From Phallusia mammillata (Eukaryota): DNA of 64,000 nucleotides. Shown here piece by piece: positions 38,586 to 49,702 of the stretch. The notes beneath the pieces are model-generated. The model searched no databases, had not been told where the DNA came from, and saw only the letters and a program-made list of their open reading frames with translations. Location: the NCBI GenBank assembly GCA_965637545.1, contig OZ281500.1:22816001-22880000 (forward strand), read 5' to 3'. Numbering within the stretch: the stretch's first letter is position 1; every line of letters starts with the position of its first letter. The translations under genes were made by a program, and so were the position numbers.

Positions 38586-39495
38586 GGGTACCTGAATAAT
38601 AAGGCCCACTGCTAATATTTTTTATGTGCTAGAAAAAATGCTTCCGTTTTGATGTAATTTTAAAATATATATGTAAAATGATTTATAAAGTTTTGGACCT
38701 GCAAGTTATATGTAATTGTTATCATGACCAATCCAAATTAAGAAGGGTTTATTTTCAACTTTTTATTATTTTTTGTTAAAATTGGTAGCAAAAATGAACA
38801 AGGTTGTGTTGTCGAAATCAAAACTTATTGAGATATATTAGTAATGGGGTCATTTTAGTTTAATTGGAGCATTATCCGATCTGGAAAAAAGAATTACTTC
38901 AAATAAATTTTATTACGGTTTTGTTTATCAGGCATTGCTTGCAATAAGGCCCAACTATAATTTGTTATTTTCTCAAGTGTCTTTTATAGTAAAGGCGACT
39001 GATATGCACAAAATTTGCTTTTTTGCTCTCTTAGGGAGATAAAATGTCTGAATAAGATGTTTGTGGAAGTAATTTTTCGTTTAGTATTTTTGGTTATCAA
39101 ATGACAAGGGGTCGTATATTATTTTTTTAGTACCTTCAGATTACCAGTTATATGTCTTAGTTAACAGTATATGTGTATTATGAGTTAATAACGTTGCTTG
39201 TTTGAACTTTCATTTGACCGAAGCAAAGTATAAATGAGTGTGATTGGTTTCTAGACTATTTTTAAAAACATGAAAATGTTGGGCTTTATTAACAGCATAT
39301 AGGTTTGTATTAAGGCCCAAGTTTTATTTTTTTTTAAACTGTTATCCTACTAAAACAAAACTTGCAAACGTCCTCAAAATCAAATGGATGTTTAATATCA
39401 ACCTCAACATTCATGCCGAATTTGGCCTGGAACGGTTAAATGGTTTTTTAGTATGCGCAATAGTTTTTTAATGGGCCTTGTTAGCTGCAGGTACC
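38586..39495. mobile_element. Non-autonomous TIR transposon (TTA or TA target; PIF/Harbinger-like is inference)
   Basis: Ends gggtacctgaataataaggccca / tgggccttgttagctgcaggtacc; inserted at cattta^cttctg, with the empty site visible in the adjacent ~62-bp tandem duplicate (about 38478-38540). Confidence 0.75.
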
Positions 39496-41234
39496 TTACT
39501 TCTGATATTCGTTATATACTTTTACCTTCACTGTAAATCTGACTACCAAACATTTGTTTCGCCAAAGTTGAAGCACGAATCGCCGCCTGGTGCTAGGTGT
39601 GGTAGTGGTGTTTTTCTACTCGCCTGTGGAGCCCATTTACTAGAACAATACGCTGCAGTGAATGCAAGCATACGTTCCCTGTTACGAAAACCGTCAGATG
39701 TATGCCTGATGGGCTGATGTTTTTGTTGAGTTGACAGCGTTGACAATATACGAAACATTGGCAAATAGTGTTGCAGTACTTGGTTACTATCACTTTGTCG
39801 TAACATCACTTGGTTCAGTTTTATATTGCATGCTGCATTGTTATACCGATTGGTGGTATGTTCCACAATGTGATCCAAGCGATGTCTATTATAGATATAC
39901 CCGCTAATTGCTATTAATAGATGTTTCAATTTTGTTTAGGGTCTTACACCTAAATACAGCGCAATAACTGTTCGTCCTTTTAATTTGTGTTGAACTTCGA
40001 TTCTTCAAAATAAAAAATAAAAACGGCAGGAAAATTAAATTTAAGTGTAATAAATTGTTTTGGTGAATATGATTTTTTTGTTTCGGTTGGTAGCATAAAT
40101 CTCATGTCTAACATTTGGTAATTAATTTGTTGCACAGATGGATGAGGCAACAGGAGTCGAAGCTTCTGGATTTCTTCACTTCAGCGATTTGAAAGACAGA
40201 ACGGTCCGTTTTTTTCATTGTCATTAGTTCTTCGTTCACAAAACATTTCTCAAGTAAGTCAACTTTATGTGAATGTCGTCATTAATGTTTTTTGCGTTTT
40301 TAGAATCACGTCACAAAATTGTTGGGGCATCACAAATTGCCGAATAGGTTTTATAGTTTAACCAAGTTCTAATGTAACTTGCCACATTGGCGAGGCCAAC
40401 AACGCCAAGTCTTTCTATTTACAAGTTTACGTGACGATAGCAACCGACTCTACAACGCAACCTAGCGGAAGTTGTTTCATTAAATTGTGTTATTAAAAAT
40501 AATTTCCCGACACAATTACTGCCCTTGGGTGAAACAAAGGCAGTTTTAGTGTCGAAAGATACATTATTTTCAACTTTACAGCAACAAAAACATTTTAAAG
40601 CTTTAATGAACCTAGCCACGATTTGATGCTCGAGAGCATATAAATGAACATGTAAAACGGAAACAGAATTGACACAAATGTAAAGCGCAAAACAAACTAA
40701 AGTAAATTTACAACATTACAACTTTTTCAAGTATGTTTCTGTTAGGGATTCATTATTTGCTGCTGTTTTTGAATTACGGTAAGGCAAAGATATGAGTTAA
40801 ACAGTTGAACTATAGTTGTTATTCTGATTTAAATTATTGTAAAAAAGTCTTATTTGTAATTTTGTTACAAAATATACGATTTAATTAAACGAAGCCAAGT
40901 TGGCAGAACAAAAATTATGCTTTTAGGTGAATTGTTGTTCTTTGGAAACAAAACCAACGGCACCATTAAGGTAAAGCGTTGACTTCAGGCCACAAATATT
41001 TATCTTTGAAATAAAAATACAAAGAGTTTTGTCTTTTGAACTGTATTGTTTAAGATAAAATAAGATGCGACAGTAAACCAAAAAATGTACTTTTTTATTG
41101 TTACACTGTCAAGTCACCAAAAACAAAGAATGTATGAAAATACAGCGACCTGTAATTTTTAAAAGGTTTATGTAAACGCATTAGGTCCATCTCAACATAC
41201 GACTCTTCGCAGTCTGTTTTACTCAATTAAGAAT

Positions 41235-41375
41235 ATTTCAAAAAAGATCGCTTGAAAACCTTTTTGATCATTTTTTTACAGCCATATAAGTTTATGTAAC
41301 TAGATATCCTGCGGGATGAGCAATTACAGCCATTAGGTTGCCTTCGGGGTGTATTGGATAGCATGTTTGCGAAAG
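41235..41375 (-). pseudogene. Pseudogene of the spliced type I small-protein exon
   Basis: Acceptor mutated (attttac instead of attttag); LSQTCYPIHPEGNLMAVIAHPAGYLVT* then frameshifted MIKKVFKRSF; 3' end truncated. Confidence 0.8.
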
Positions 41376-42799
41376 GTAAAATAGAAACAAATTGCAGACA
41401 TGTAAACTCTTTAATTTGCTGGTTACAGTTAAGCAAAACAAGTATTTATGCCATTCATGTTTTGTCGTCCACTTATTGTTGTTTGGGATGCTTTAAATTC
41501 ACGGTAAAGATCTTTTTTAAATTCTCTGAAATTCAAAAGAACTGGAATAGGTTATTTCATGCTGACACACGCACATAGTACACCAAACCAAAATTTTATA
41601 TATGGGTTTGTCTATTAATCCCAAAGACAACATGACATATCTGATGTAACCCTTCTGTAACTCCAAGTGTACGGTGGTTGCTTACGAAGAAGGGTGACGC
41701 ATTTTTATTTGGATTGGATACCCTTACCTGTAAAATGTTTATGACGTAATAAAAATAAAAACTTATTTCTGACTTCCACATTAAATTAGCACTAATCAAA
41801 ATAATACTTTCGCTTCTCTTTCTCTTCTCAATGTTACGTTTACGGATTGTTGGACCTCGTCATGCGTAATGCACAAAATATACACGTGATCTCTCGCGAA
41901 CAAATACTCTGTTGGCCTGCGGTTTAAAATATGCGTGGCAATAAAATTCAGGAGAAAACTTATACAGTTAATGGGCAAACATCATTGCATATCACTTAAG
42001 AGGTTGAAACAACTACATAAAAATTCATCAGTGCGATAAGATTTTAAATCATTGCGATAAGTTGAAACCAACCCACTCTTTTGGCTTTGTAAAGAACACA
42101 TTGTACCATTCGCATACAGGCAATCCAATAGATAAAATGCAAGTACTAACAACATACTAACCGGTTTATTTAGGGAGTCAACCTTTTTGAAGTTTTATGC
42201 CTTTGTGTAGATCATGAAACTCGAAAATCGTGTTTAAAACCAACAGAGTGGAAATCAGCTTCTGTTTTGATTTTTTAGCTATACAGAGAATTGCTTTCAG
42301 GTTTTCGCATATAAATGGCAATTCACAATGAAACATAAACGCAACAAAGGAACAAAGTGGTACATGGTTCTATTTGCTGTACAATACATATAAAGTAGCG
42401 ATGTAATGAAAAATCATTAAAACCAATCTTTAAAATAAATAAAGATTGACGGCGCGAAGTAAATATTTTACTATTCAGTAGTCACACTCTTAGCGCGTCT
42501 AGAAAATTGTATGAAGTAATATAAAGGTTAAACTCAAAGAGCTATGTTACAGAGGGAACATGACAACAAAATAATATATTTCAGAACTCAAACACCCCTT
42601 GGAGGTCCGTGTGTTTGACACCTCTGATGGAAATACGAAAATAAATTTATGGTATACAAGCAAGTAAGCGTCTACAGGATGGAAACTTGTAAAATATGAT
42701 TTAATTTAAAGTGGCAATGTTGCATTTAAGCCACAGTATTACACACATTATTGAAAAAAGTTCAAAATCGCCAAAGGATGTATAACTTGACAAAAAAGT

Positions 42800-43006
42800 T
42801 CATGCAAAAGCCCGTTCACTTTCCCTGTATATTAATGCACGCTGTCTGTTGAAATCTGCGACCGATATTTCCAAATGGAAAGGTCGTTCAAAGACTTTTC
42901 TGATCATGTTTTCCAAGCCTACATCGAATTCTGGATAAACGTCTCCTTCTGGGTGAGCCACAATAGAAGTCGTATTCCCTTGTGAAGCAGAAATTAAGTT
43001 GTCCAT
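42800..43006 (-). CDS. Small-protein family, type II copy, 68 aa
   Basis: MDNLISASQGNTTSIVAHPEGDVYPEFDVGLENMIRKVFERPFHLEISVADFNRQRALIYRESERAFA*. Confidence 0.7.
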   Translation of the reverse strand: MDNLISASQGNTTSIVAHPEGDVYPEFDVGLENMIRKVFERPFHLEISVADFNRQRALIYRESERAFA

Positions 43007-43316
43007 ATCTTGTATTTTTTGTAAACAAAATCAAATCTAGCTTTTTTTACTTTCTGTAAATCGTCAAAGTACAACAACTATGTTTTTTATTATTATTGTT
43101 TAAGTTTGTTTGTAACCGATTTCAATAACTTTACGGATATAGTTTTAATTCAATTTCCTACTTAACAAACCAGATAAGAAACACGACCACGAATACCAAA
43201 CGTTACTTGCGCTCTAGCATAAGCCTAGATAGACGCTGTGGGCCAAACGTAATTATCCGAATAATACCACGGCGGTAGCTCTGCCCAACTCCTGCCACGC
43301 CACCTGTATAGTCTGA

Positions 43317-43326
43317 GGGAATCCCC
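43317..43326. promoter_or_regulatory. NF-kappaB consensus site GGGAATCCCC, about 310 bp upstream of the 43006 ATG; a second site GGGAGTTCCC at 44072-44081
   Basis: Both match GGGRNWYYCC exactly. Confidence 0.4.
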
Positions 43327-43419
43327 CCACCGACTAGAGAAATTATGCGTTAGTTAAGCTTGACTTGGCGTGTGGGTTATGGGGAGTAAAGTAATATAAG
43401 TTGTTTGTTGGTACTAATG

Positions 43420-44640
43420 CAAACTGTATTGCATTTACCTTTCTAAAAGATGGGTTTAAATAATGCAACCCCCAACCAAAAAAAGCCTTGTGATGTTCAC
43501 CATTCATTTGGAAGAATAAGCCTGCTCATTTTCTATCACTCTCGAATGGTAAAACTACAACGCCTAAAAGTTGCAAACAAAAGAACATTGAAATAATTTG
43601 ACCCTTTCACGTATCTGTAGTCACTTGTCAATTGCATCGCTTCGTTGCCTTTTGTTAAAGAAGTGAGAATGAAGTTAACTCAAGTTTAGCTTGTAACGCC
43701 AAAAGTCATTTATACCACGTTTAAAAAACTCCTTTCCACTCGGCACTATTTTAATAAATACAAGTTTATGTCATATTCTTCAAACTCGTGCCTTAAGTCC
43801 GCACAACTAAACTACGTGTAATAAACTGTAGTTAACTGGAACAGATATCAGCTGAAACCTACAATAGCGCGCTTGAACACAGATCTGCGAGTGTTGGCTT
43901 GAGCGCAGTCGAGAGGTTCAGGGAAAATTACGCCAAAAACTGTCGACAGCAAGCCACCACCACTGGGTCCATAAGAGAGAATTGAGGCAAAAAAGGTAAC
44001 CATCCCCCGCCACACCACCTATGGCATATAAAAAAAAGAGAGAGTTCCGCGTTCTATTTATAAATATAGGCGGGAGTTCCCCCTCCGATGTTCGCATAAT
44101 GGATTTGTTCTGTCGATTGGGTTACGGGTAGAAAAGTAATAGAAGTTGTTTGTTAGCATTTATGCAAACAATACTGCTTTTACCTTTGGATAGGTTTAAA
44201 TAATGCAACCTCTAACAAATAAGCCTTGTGATTATGTTCACCATTCATTTGGAAGAATAAGCCTTCTACTTTACTATCACCTTCGTACATGGTAAAACTA
44301 CAACGTCTAAAAGTTGCAAACAAAAAATCATTGAAATAATTTGACCCTTTCACGTATCTGTATTCACTTGTCAATTGCATCGCTTCGTTACCTTTTGTCA
44401 AAGAAGTGAGAATGAAGTTTTTTTCTTTTGTCAAAGAAACTCAAGTTTAGCTTGTAACGCCAAAAGTCATTTATACCACGTTTGAAAACAACTTTTTCAA
44501 CTCGGCAGTATTTTGGCAAATACAAATCTATGTCATGTTCTTCAAACTCTTGCCTTAAGTCCGTGCAACTAAACTACGTGGAATAAACTGTAGTTAACTG
44601 GAACAGATATCATCTAATTCTAAAACCTGCAATATATCGT
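43420..44640. repeat. Local tandem duplication (about 43420-43900 vs 44150-44640), also homologous to about 30340-30800
   Basis: Shared blocks such as tgttcaccattcatttggaagaataagcc and gaaataatttgaccctttcacgtatctgta. Confidence 0.8.
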
Positions 44641-46139
44641 GCTTGAACGGGTCTGCGAATGTCGGCTTGGGTGCAACCGAGAGAGTAGGGAAAAAAGAGG
44701 CCAGAAAACCGCGTTAGGTTTTACGACTAAGTAACGGTTGCAGTGTCGCCTTGAACGTGATTGAACTTGGTGGGAGAAAAGAGGACGAAGGAAATCTGGT
44801 ATTTAAAACGGAATACATTTTCACGTTATTTTCTTACTTGAGTTGCATTTCTACTTGACATCAGACAAAATTATTATAGTTCTCACTGTCAACGGCAATC
44901 CGTGAGGGTGTGCATGTTACGTACGAGAAAACTTTCATTCATCCAAAAACCATTAAAATTCAACAATTAGTTAACCGAAAGTTTAGTTTGATAAAAATAA
45001 AAACGACCAGGGGCTGCAGGAATGTCATTTTTACAATTCATTACGATTTTAGCAAATTTTGCGCAATGAAATATCGGTAGATTGTAAACCGTGTTGTTTT
45101 CAAAACATTTTTACGACAAACACATGAAAAGCCTAAACCCAAACCATGGTAACTATTTAAGCAACCAAATCGAACTGAGGCGTTTTTTCTGCTTGAAATC
45201 GAATGACATGCTGTAAGGCCATACAAATACCGTTTGCTAACAAAAAGGATTAATCTAAACTGCCCGCATCTCGCTCGCAATTCAACACAGCGACTTTCAG
45301 TAAACACGAAACAGCCGCTTGAAACGGTTAAAGTAACAGACACGTGATTTATTTTGTTTATTCGTGGTGTTCGTTTCTTTTTCAGTCTGTGCAAGTCGAG
45401 GATCGGATCTTGTGGCCGCTAAATCGTTAAATGTTATTTTTCATGTTTTAGTTTTAATAAAAATTATTCCAAGTCCTTATTTTTGGTAGATTTTCCCCCG
45501 ACCACTAATATGAAGTACTCATATCACCGTCCTTCTTGTGTTAAGGAAAATTAATGAAAGGCGAGCTCTAGTAATTCAACCCTGTAACTTATAAAGTATT
45601 TGGAAAGCACAAACTAGAACATGTTTTAATTGTTTCTACACGTTAGCAAAGATAGCCCGTGACCACTTACGTAGCAGCGAATTCATAATTCCTGTTTCAC
45701 CGTTCGGTGCTTTGCCGTTTAGTGCTTCCCCTTGGGCTTCGGTTAACGCTTTTGTTATCTTTTTGTAGGTTCAATGCCTTCTGTATATGTCAGATACATT
45801 TTCAACCAAACAAAAGTATCCACTATTGCTTTAACTTGCAGGTGGTTTGACAACACACACTGGGTACTAGTTTTGCACAAAGACATCAACATGTTAAGAC
45901 AAACGCACATATGCGTACTGTGATCATTTTTTATGATACTGTTTGTTTTGATGTAAGATTTTGGCATCGTAAAAAGCATGTGGCAAAAGTGAAAAAGTTA
46001 TTACAGTCCTACAGGAATCAGCCTGTGCTAAAAGGTGGCCACTGGCGGATCTGCCCTCACTTGTTAAATATTAAAAAAACTTTACTTTTATTTTGTATAT
46101 TTGCATCATTTTACGAAACTCACAAAAAATCATTTAAAT

Positions 46140-49100
46140 TTACGCATCAGCTGCATGAAGCAAATATTTGTCAAGGTTTATGTTGACCAGGTGGGATGAG
46201 GCATCGTTCATAGTAGGGGGGTTGCGTGGACCCCCTTGAATCGGCGGGACAAGTCTTGGATTCGCTGCAGCGATTTGGAGGGTAAACAAGGAGGGCACAG
46301 ACCAACTGGAACGTTTCCTGATTGTCCTTGGTACTTTTCTTTCCTCCGTCGTCCTGAAAACATTAGAACCTAAGTAAGTAAACTGTCACATGTATGTTGT
46401 CATAAAGGTTTTCATTATGATATCACAAAATCGTCGCATCATTAATCATTTCCGATGAGGGCTTGTTAAGTTCTTTTATTAAATTAAACAACGTTTTTTA
46501 TTGAAAACTTTAACTAACTTGCTTTAATCCGTTGCTATAATAGTTACCTAAAGGAACCTTCATAAAAAATCAACAAAACAATATTTTCTGGCGAATTTAA
46601 TGAGCAAGGCCGCCCAACTTACAGTCTTGGATAAATCCTGACGTAATTTGGTACACTGGTGACGTCACCAACCCCATATTTGGGTGGACCACGCTTGAGT
46701 GCTTCCAGGCGTCGTTGCATTCTCAGTCTTGCTTCTTCAGCGTCACGGTTGTACTGCGAAAAGTAAAAGGATCAATTACTAGTAGTAAAGTATTTTATAT
46801 TGCTAATTTATGACAAGCTATTGCATAATGCAGCTTTTTTAATATGTATGTATATATTAAACAAAGCAAAGAGAGATTTGAATTTTGGCGTTAACTTACG
46901 TTTTTCGACCGTTCATCTGTTTCCAGTTCGCGGGAAAGTTTCTGTAAAAACATATCCACGCGTCGGCGCTGCTGAGCTTCTTTATCTCTCGCGTCTTCGA
47001 GGAGTTTTTCGCGTTGTAATCGCTCTCTGTAAACGACAGTTTTTGTGTTTTTACTTTACCAATTCAGTATTATAAATGGACAGTTAAATACAAAACCACT
47101 TCTAAGTTCTAAACAATACATTCAAATTCATTGAAAAGCAGATATGGTTACTCTCGTTTTTTTTACCAAATTGGATACTATAGCCTAATTCTGCTCTAAC
47201 TTTACCAACCTTCTTGATGACAAGTGAAAATACTTTGCCACGTCAACCGTGGTGCTCCATGACGTCACATCCCCCTCAAGGTCGCCCGCCTCCCCCTTCT
47301 TGTACACTGTGACGTCATAGGACTTTCCAGGGCGCACCTTTGTGACAAAACAAAATGATAATCGCTTAAGGGCTAAATAACCAAGTTGGGGGCGGAGAGT
47401 GTGTTGTTTAAGTAAGTATAGACTCATGTGATTAAGCACTTATCATCCGTTGACTTTAATTTAAATTTTGCACACAATTTTTCATTTATTAGTTTTGTTT
47501 AAAACAGTTCTTTGTTTTTTAGTCATGTAAAACTATCTAAAAATTAAAAAAAATCATGTTGTGCGTTTAAAATATATACAACTGCCATCGTTTGGAACTT
47601 TTTTCAAATCTGTAGATTTCGTAATCAAACAAGGGTATATTATACGGCTAATGTAAGAGCATGGAATGAATTAGCTTTTACAACTTACAGCAATAGTGGA
47701 ATTGTTGATCAACTCCTCAGTTGGATCAGGCTTGTTTGATTTCAGTTTTAATCTCCTCCGCTTTGGTTTGTTCCGTTTCTGTCGAATTTTCGGCAAAACA
47801 GTTTCAATTTCGTCATTGCTAGTCTTTGGTACGGGAAAAACATCGTCCAAATTATTGCCTGCATCTTTAAAACCAAACTCTTGGTCTTCATAAGACTCGA
47901 AATCCATCGGATATGCGTCCAAGTGAAGCGAAGACTTTGTTGTGTCCAAATCTGTATCGTTTTCTTCAGTTAAAGCTTTGGAAAGCCCCAACGGCAAAAA
48001 CTTGGTGGTTTTAAGTCTTTGTGCATGCAGAGGCCGTAACACAGAAAAACTAGAACTTTGGGCGGCTTCATCACCATTACTACTTGCTTTTAAATGAACT
48101 TGACCCAATGCCAAGCCGCTGTGGTCTTTATTAGAAGGTTTAATATCATTTGCTTTGCCTACAGCATCAATAGCCTGGTCTGGTTCGCATTGTAATAATC
48201 CGGTTTGTGACGTAACAATGCCATTGTCAGGTATAGAACTCTTGCATTGTTGTTTTGTGTAATGGGGAAAGTAGATGCTTGACTGCTGTGATTTTGAAAG
48301 CTGTTTGGCGATACTGTGATGCAAATCCCGCGAATTTTGTTGTTCAGCTTCCACATCATGCTGAATTCTTGGAGAATGTTGTTCAATCTGCTGCTTGTTA
48401 TGCTTAGCCAGATTGTCTAAACTGAGTACTTTAGTTTGTTGTTCACTCTGTGTATCATTGCTCGGTGACATTTTTCCTTTGACACTTTGAGGGTTCGGGT
48501 GGACAATCTTCAATACGTTTGAACCCCCAGGGTGTAAGGTTGGTTTGTATTCTTCCTTGTTAGCTTCTGTAACGTTACATGCAGGAAAAAAATCAGAGCC
48601 AATATATTTGTGTAGAGCATAACTACGTTTCGAATATTGGTTCTGGCTCTGATTTTTTTGCTTAGATTACCGGTATTCAAAACCGTGACGTCTTATATCA
48701 TAGCTTTAATTTGACTCTTATTGAATTTTGCTCATTCTATTATGCTTTATTGAGAAAATTAAAATGTGTAGAAAAGCAATACCTTTGACCTAAAATCAGT
48801 CATAGTAAATTTTGTTAAAGAACACCTGGTAATAAACTTTGAGTTTCTATCTGTGCTATTACCTCCACTTAACTGACTTAGAGATTCTGGGTTAACTTGG
48901 ACAGCAGGGCGTCGGTTTCCTCGTTTCGAATTGATCCAATTTCGTAAATCTTCTCTGTCTTTCTGTTTGTCCAGTTTAACAATTTTGATTTCTTTCTTAG
49001 TCTTGCTCAACTTCAGCAGAGCTCTGTACATGTCATCTTGTTTCTTTGTTACTTTACGCACAGCAAAGTTGGTGTCCTTGTGCCAGATGTCCAACTGAAA

Positions 49101-49702
49101 AATAGGAGTTTTTCAAACTATATGTAAAGCTATAAAGTCAAATACTAAAAGTAACTAAGAAGTAACTAAAGTTTGCATAAAATATTTTGCACCTGATAAA
49201 GTTTGTTTAATGATTTTCTGTGTGGAATTGTTTTTTTAAACAGTTAAAAAAAGTTGTGGTGTTGAGTTTTAACCTAAACATTCAGACCATTTCGTTTTTC
49301 TGACTAGATTTAGCACACCACATTTTCAAAAAAATTTTGATTTTTTAATTGCACATAAATGCGTTGTAAAGGTATTTCTTAATTTGGTTTTTTGGCGACA
49401 CTTTCTGCTTTTGAGTCAAAGTTTCTGTATTATTTTTAAATATGTTTCACTTGTGATATGCATTCTCTCATTTACACAATTATTAGTAAAACTTATCACA
49501 CTAAACTGTATCATAAACTAAATACTACACAGTAACCAACCTCTTTCCTCAGAGCATAATTTTCGGCCTTGTTGCAATTTTTAACAAAACTCGAAACTTC
49601 ACTTGTCCTGGTGGATCTCAGTGAAACACCAGCACCAGTTGTGCTTCGTAATGCAATATTTCTCCTTAGTGCAGCGGCGGCGGCCATTCTATTTGATGTC
49701 AT
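46140..49702 (-). CDS. Uncharacterised 623-aa protein with N- and C-terminal coiled-coil-like segments and a disordered middle; exons 49702-49541, 49094-48863, 48566-47689, 47337-47210, 47026-46900, 46753-46623, 46353-46140
   Basis: All six introns are GT-AG with matching phases (0,1,0,2,0,2); total 1872 nt open. Exons 5 and 7 differ from the 23-24 kb duplicate mostly by synonymous changes, which confirms the frame. Confidence 0.85.

Noticed and set aside
38045-39929. ORFs 38045-38362 (+) and 39543-39929 (-) in the duplicated segment
   Set aside because: The paralogue at 32.3-33.2 kb breaks both frames, and differences in the stretch compared show no synonymous bias.
48586-48659. 16-bp perfect inverted repeat in intron 2 of the 623-aa gene, and two 16-bp palindromes near 58884-58945
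   Set aside because: Real but isolated, A/T-run-rich, with no TSD or second family member seen; no functional claim possible.
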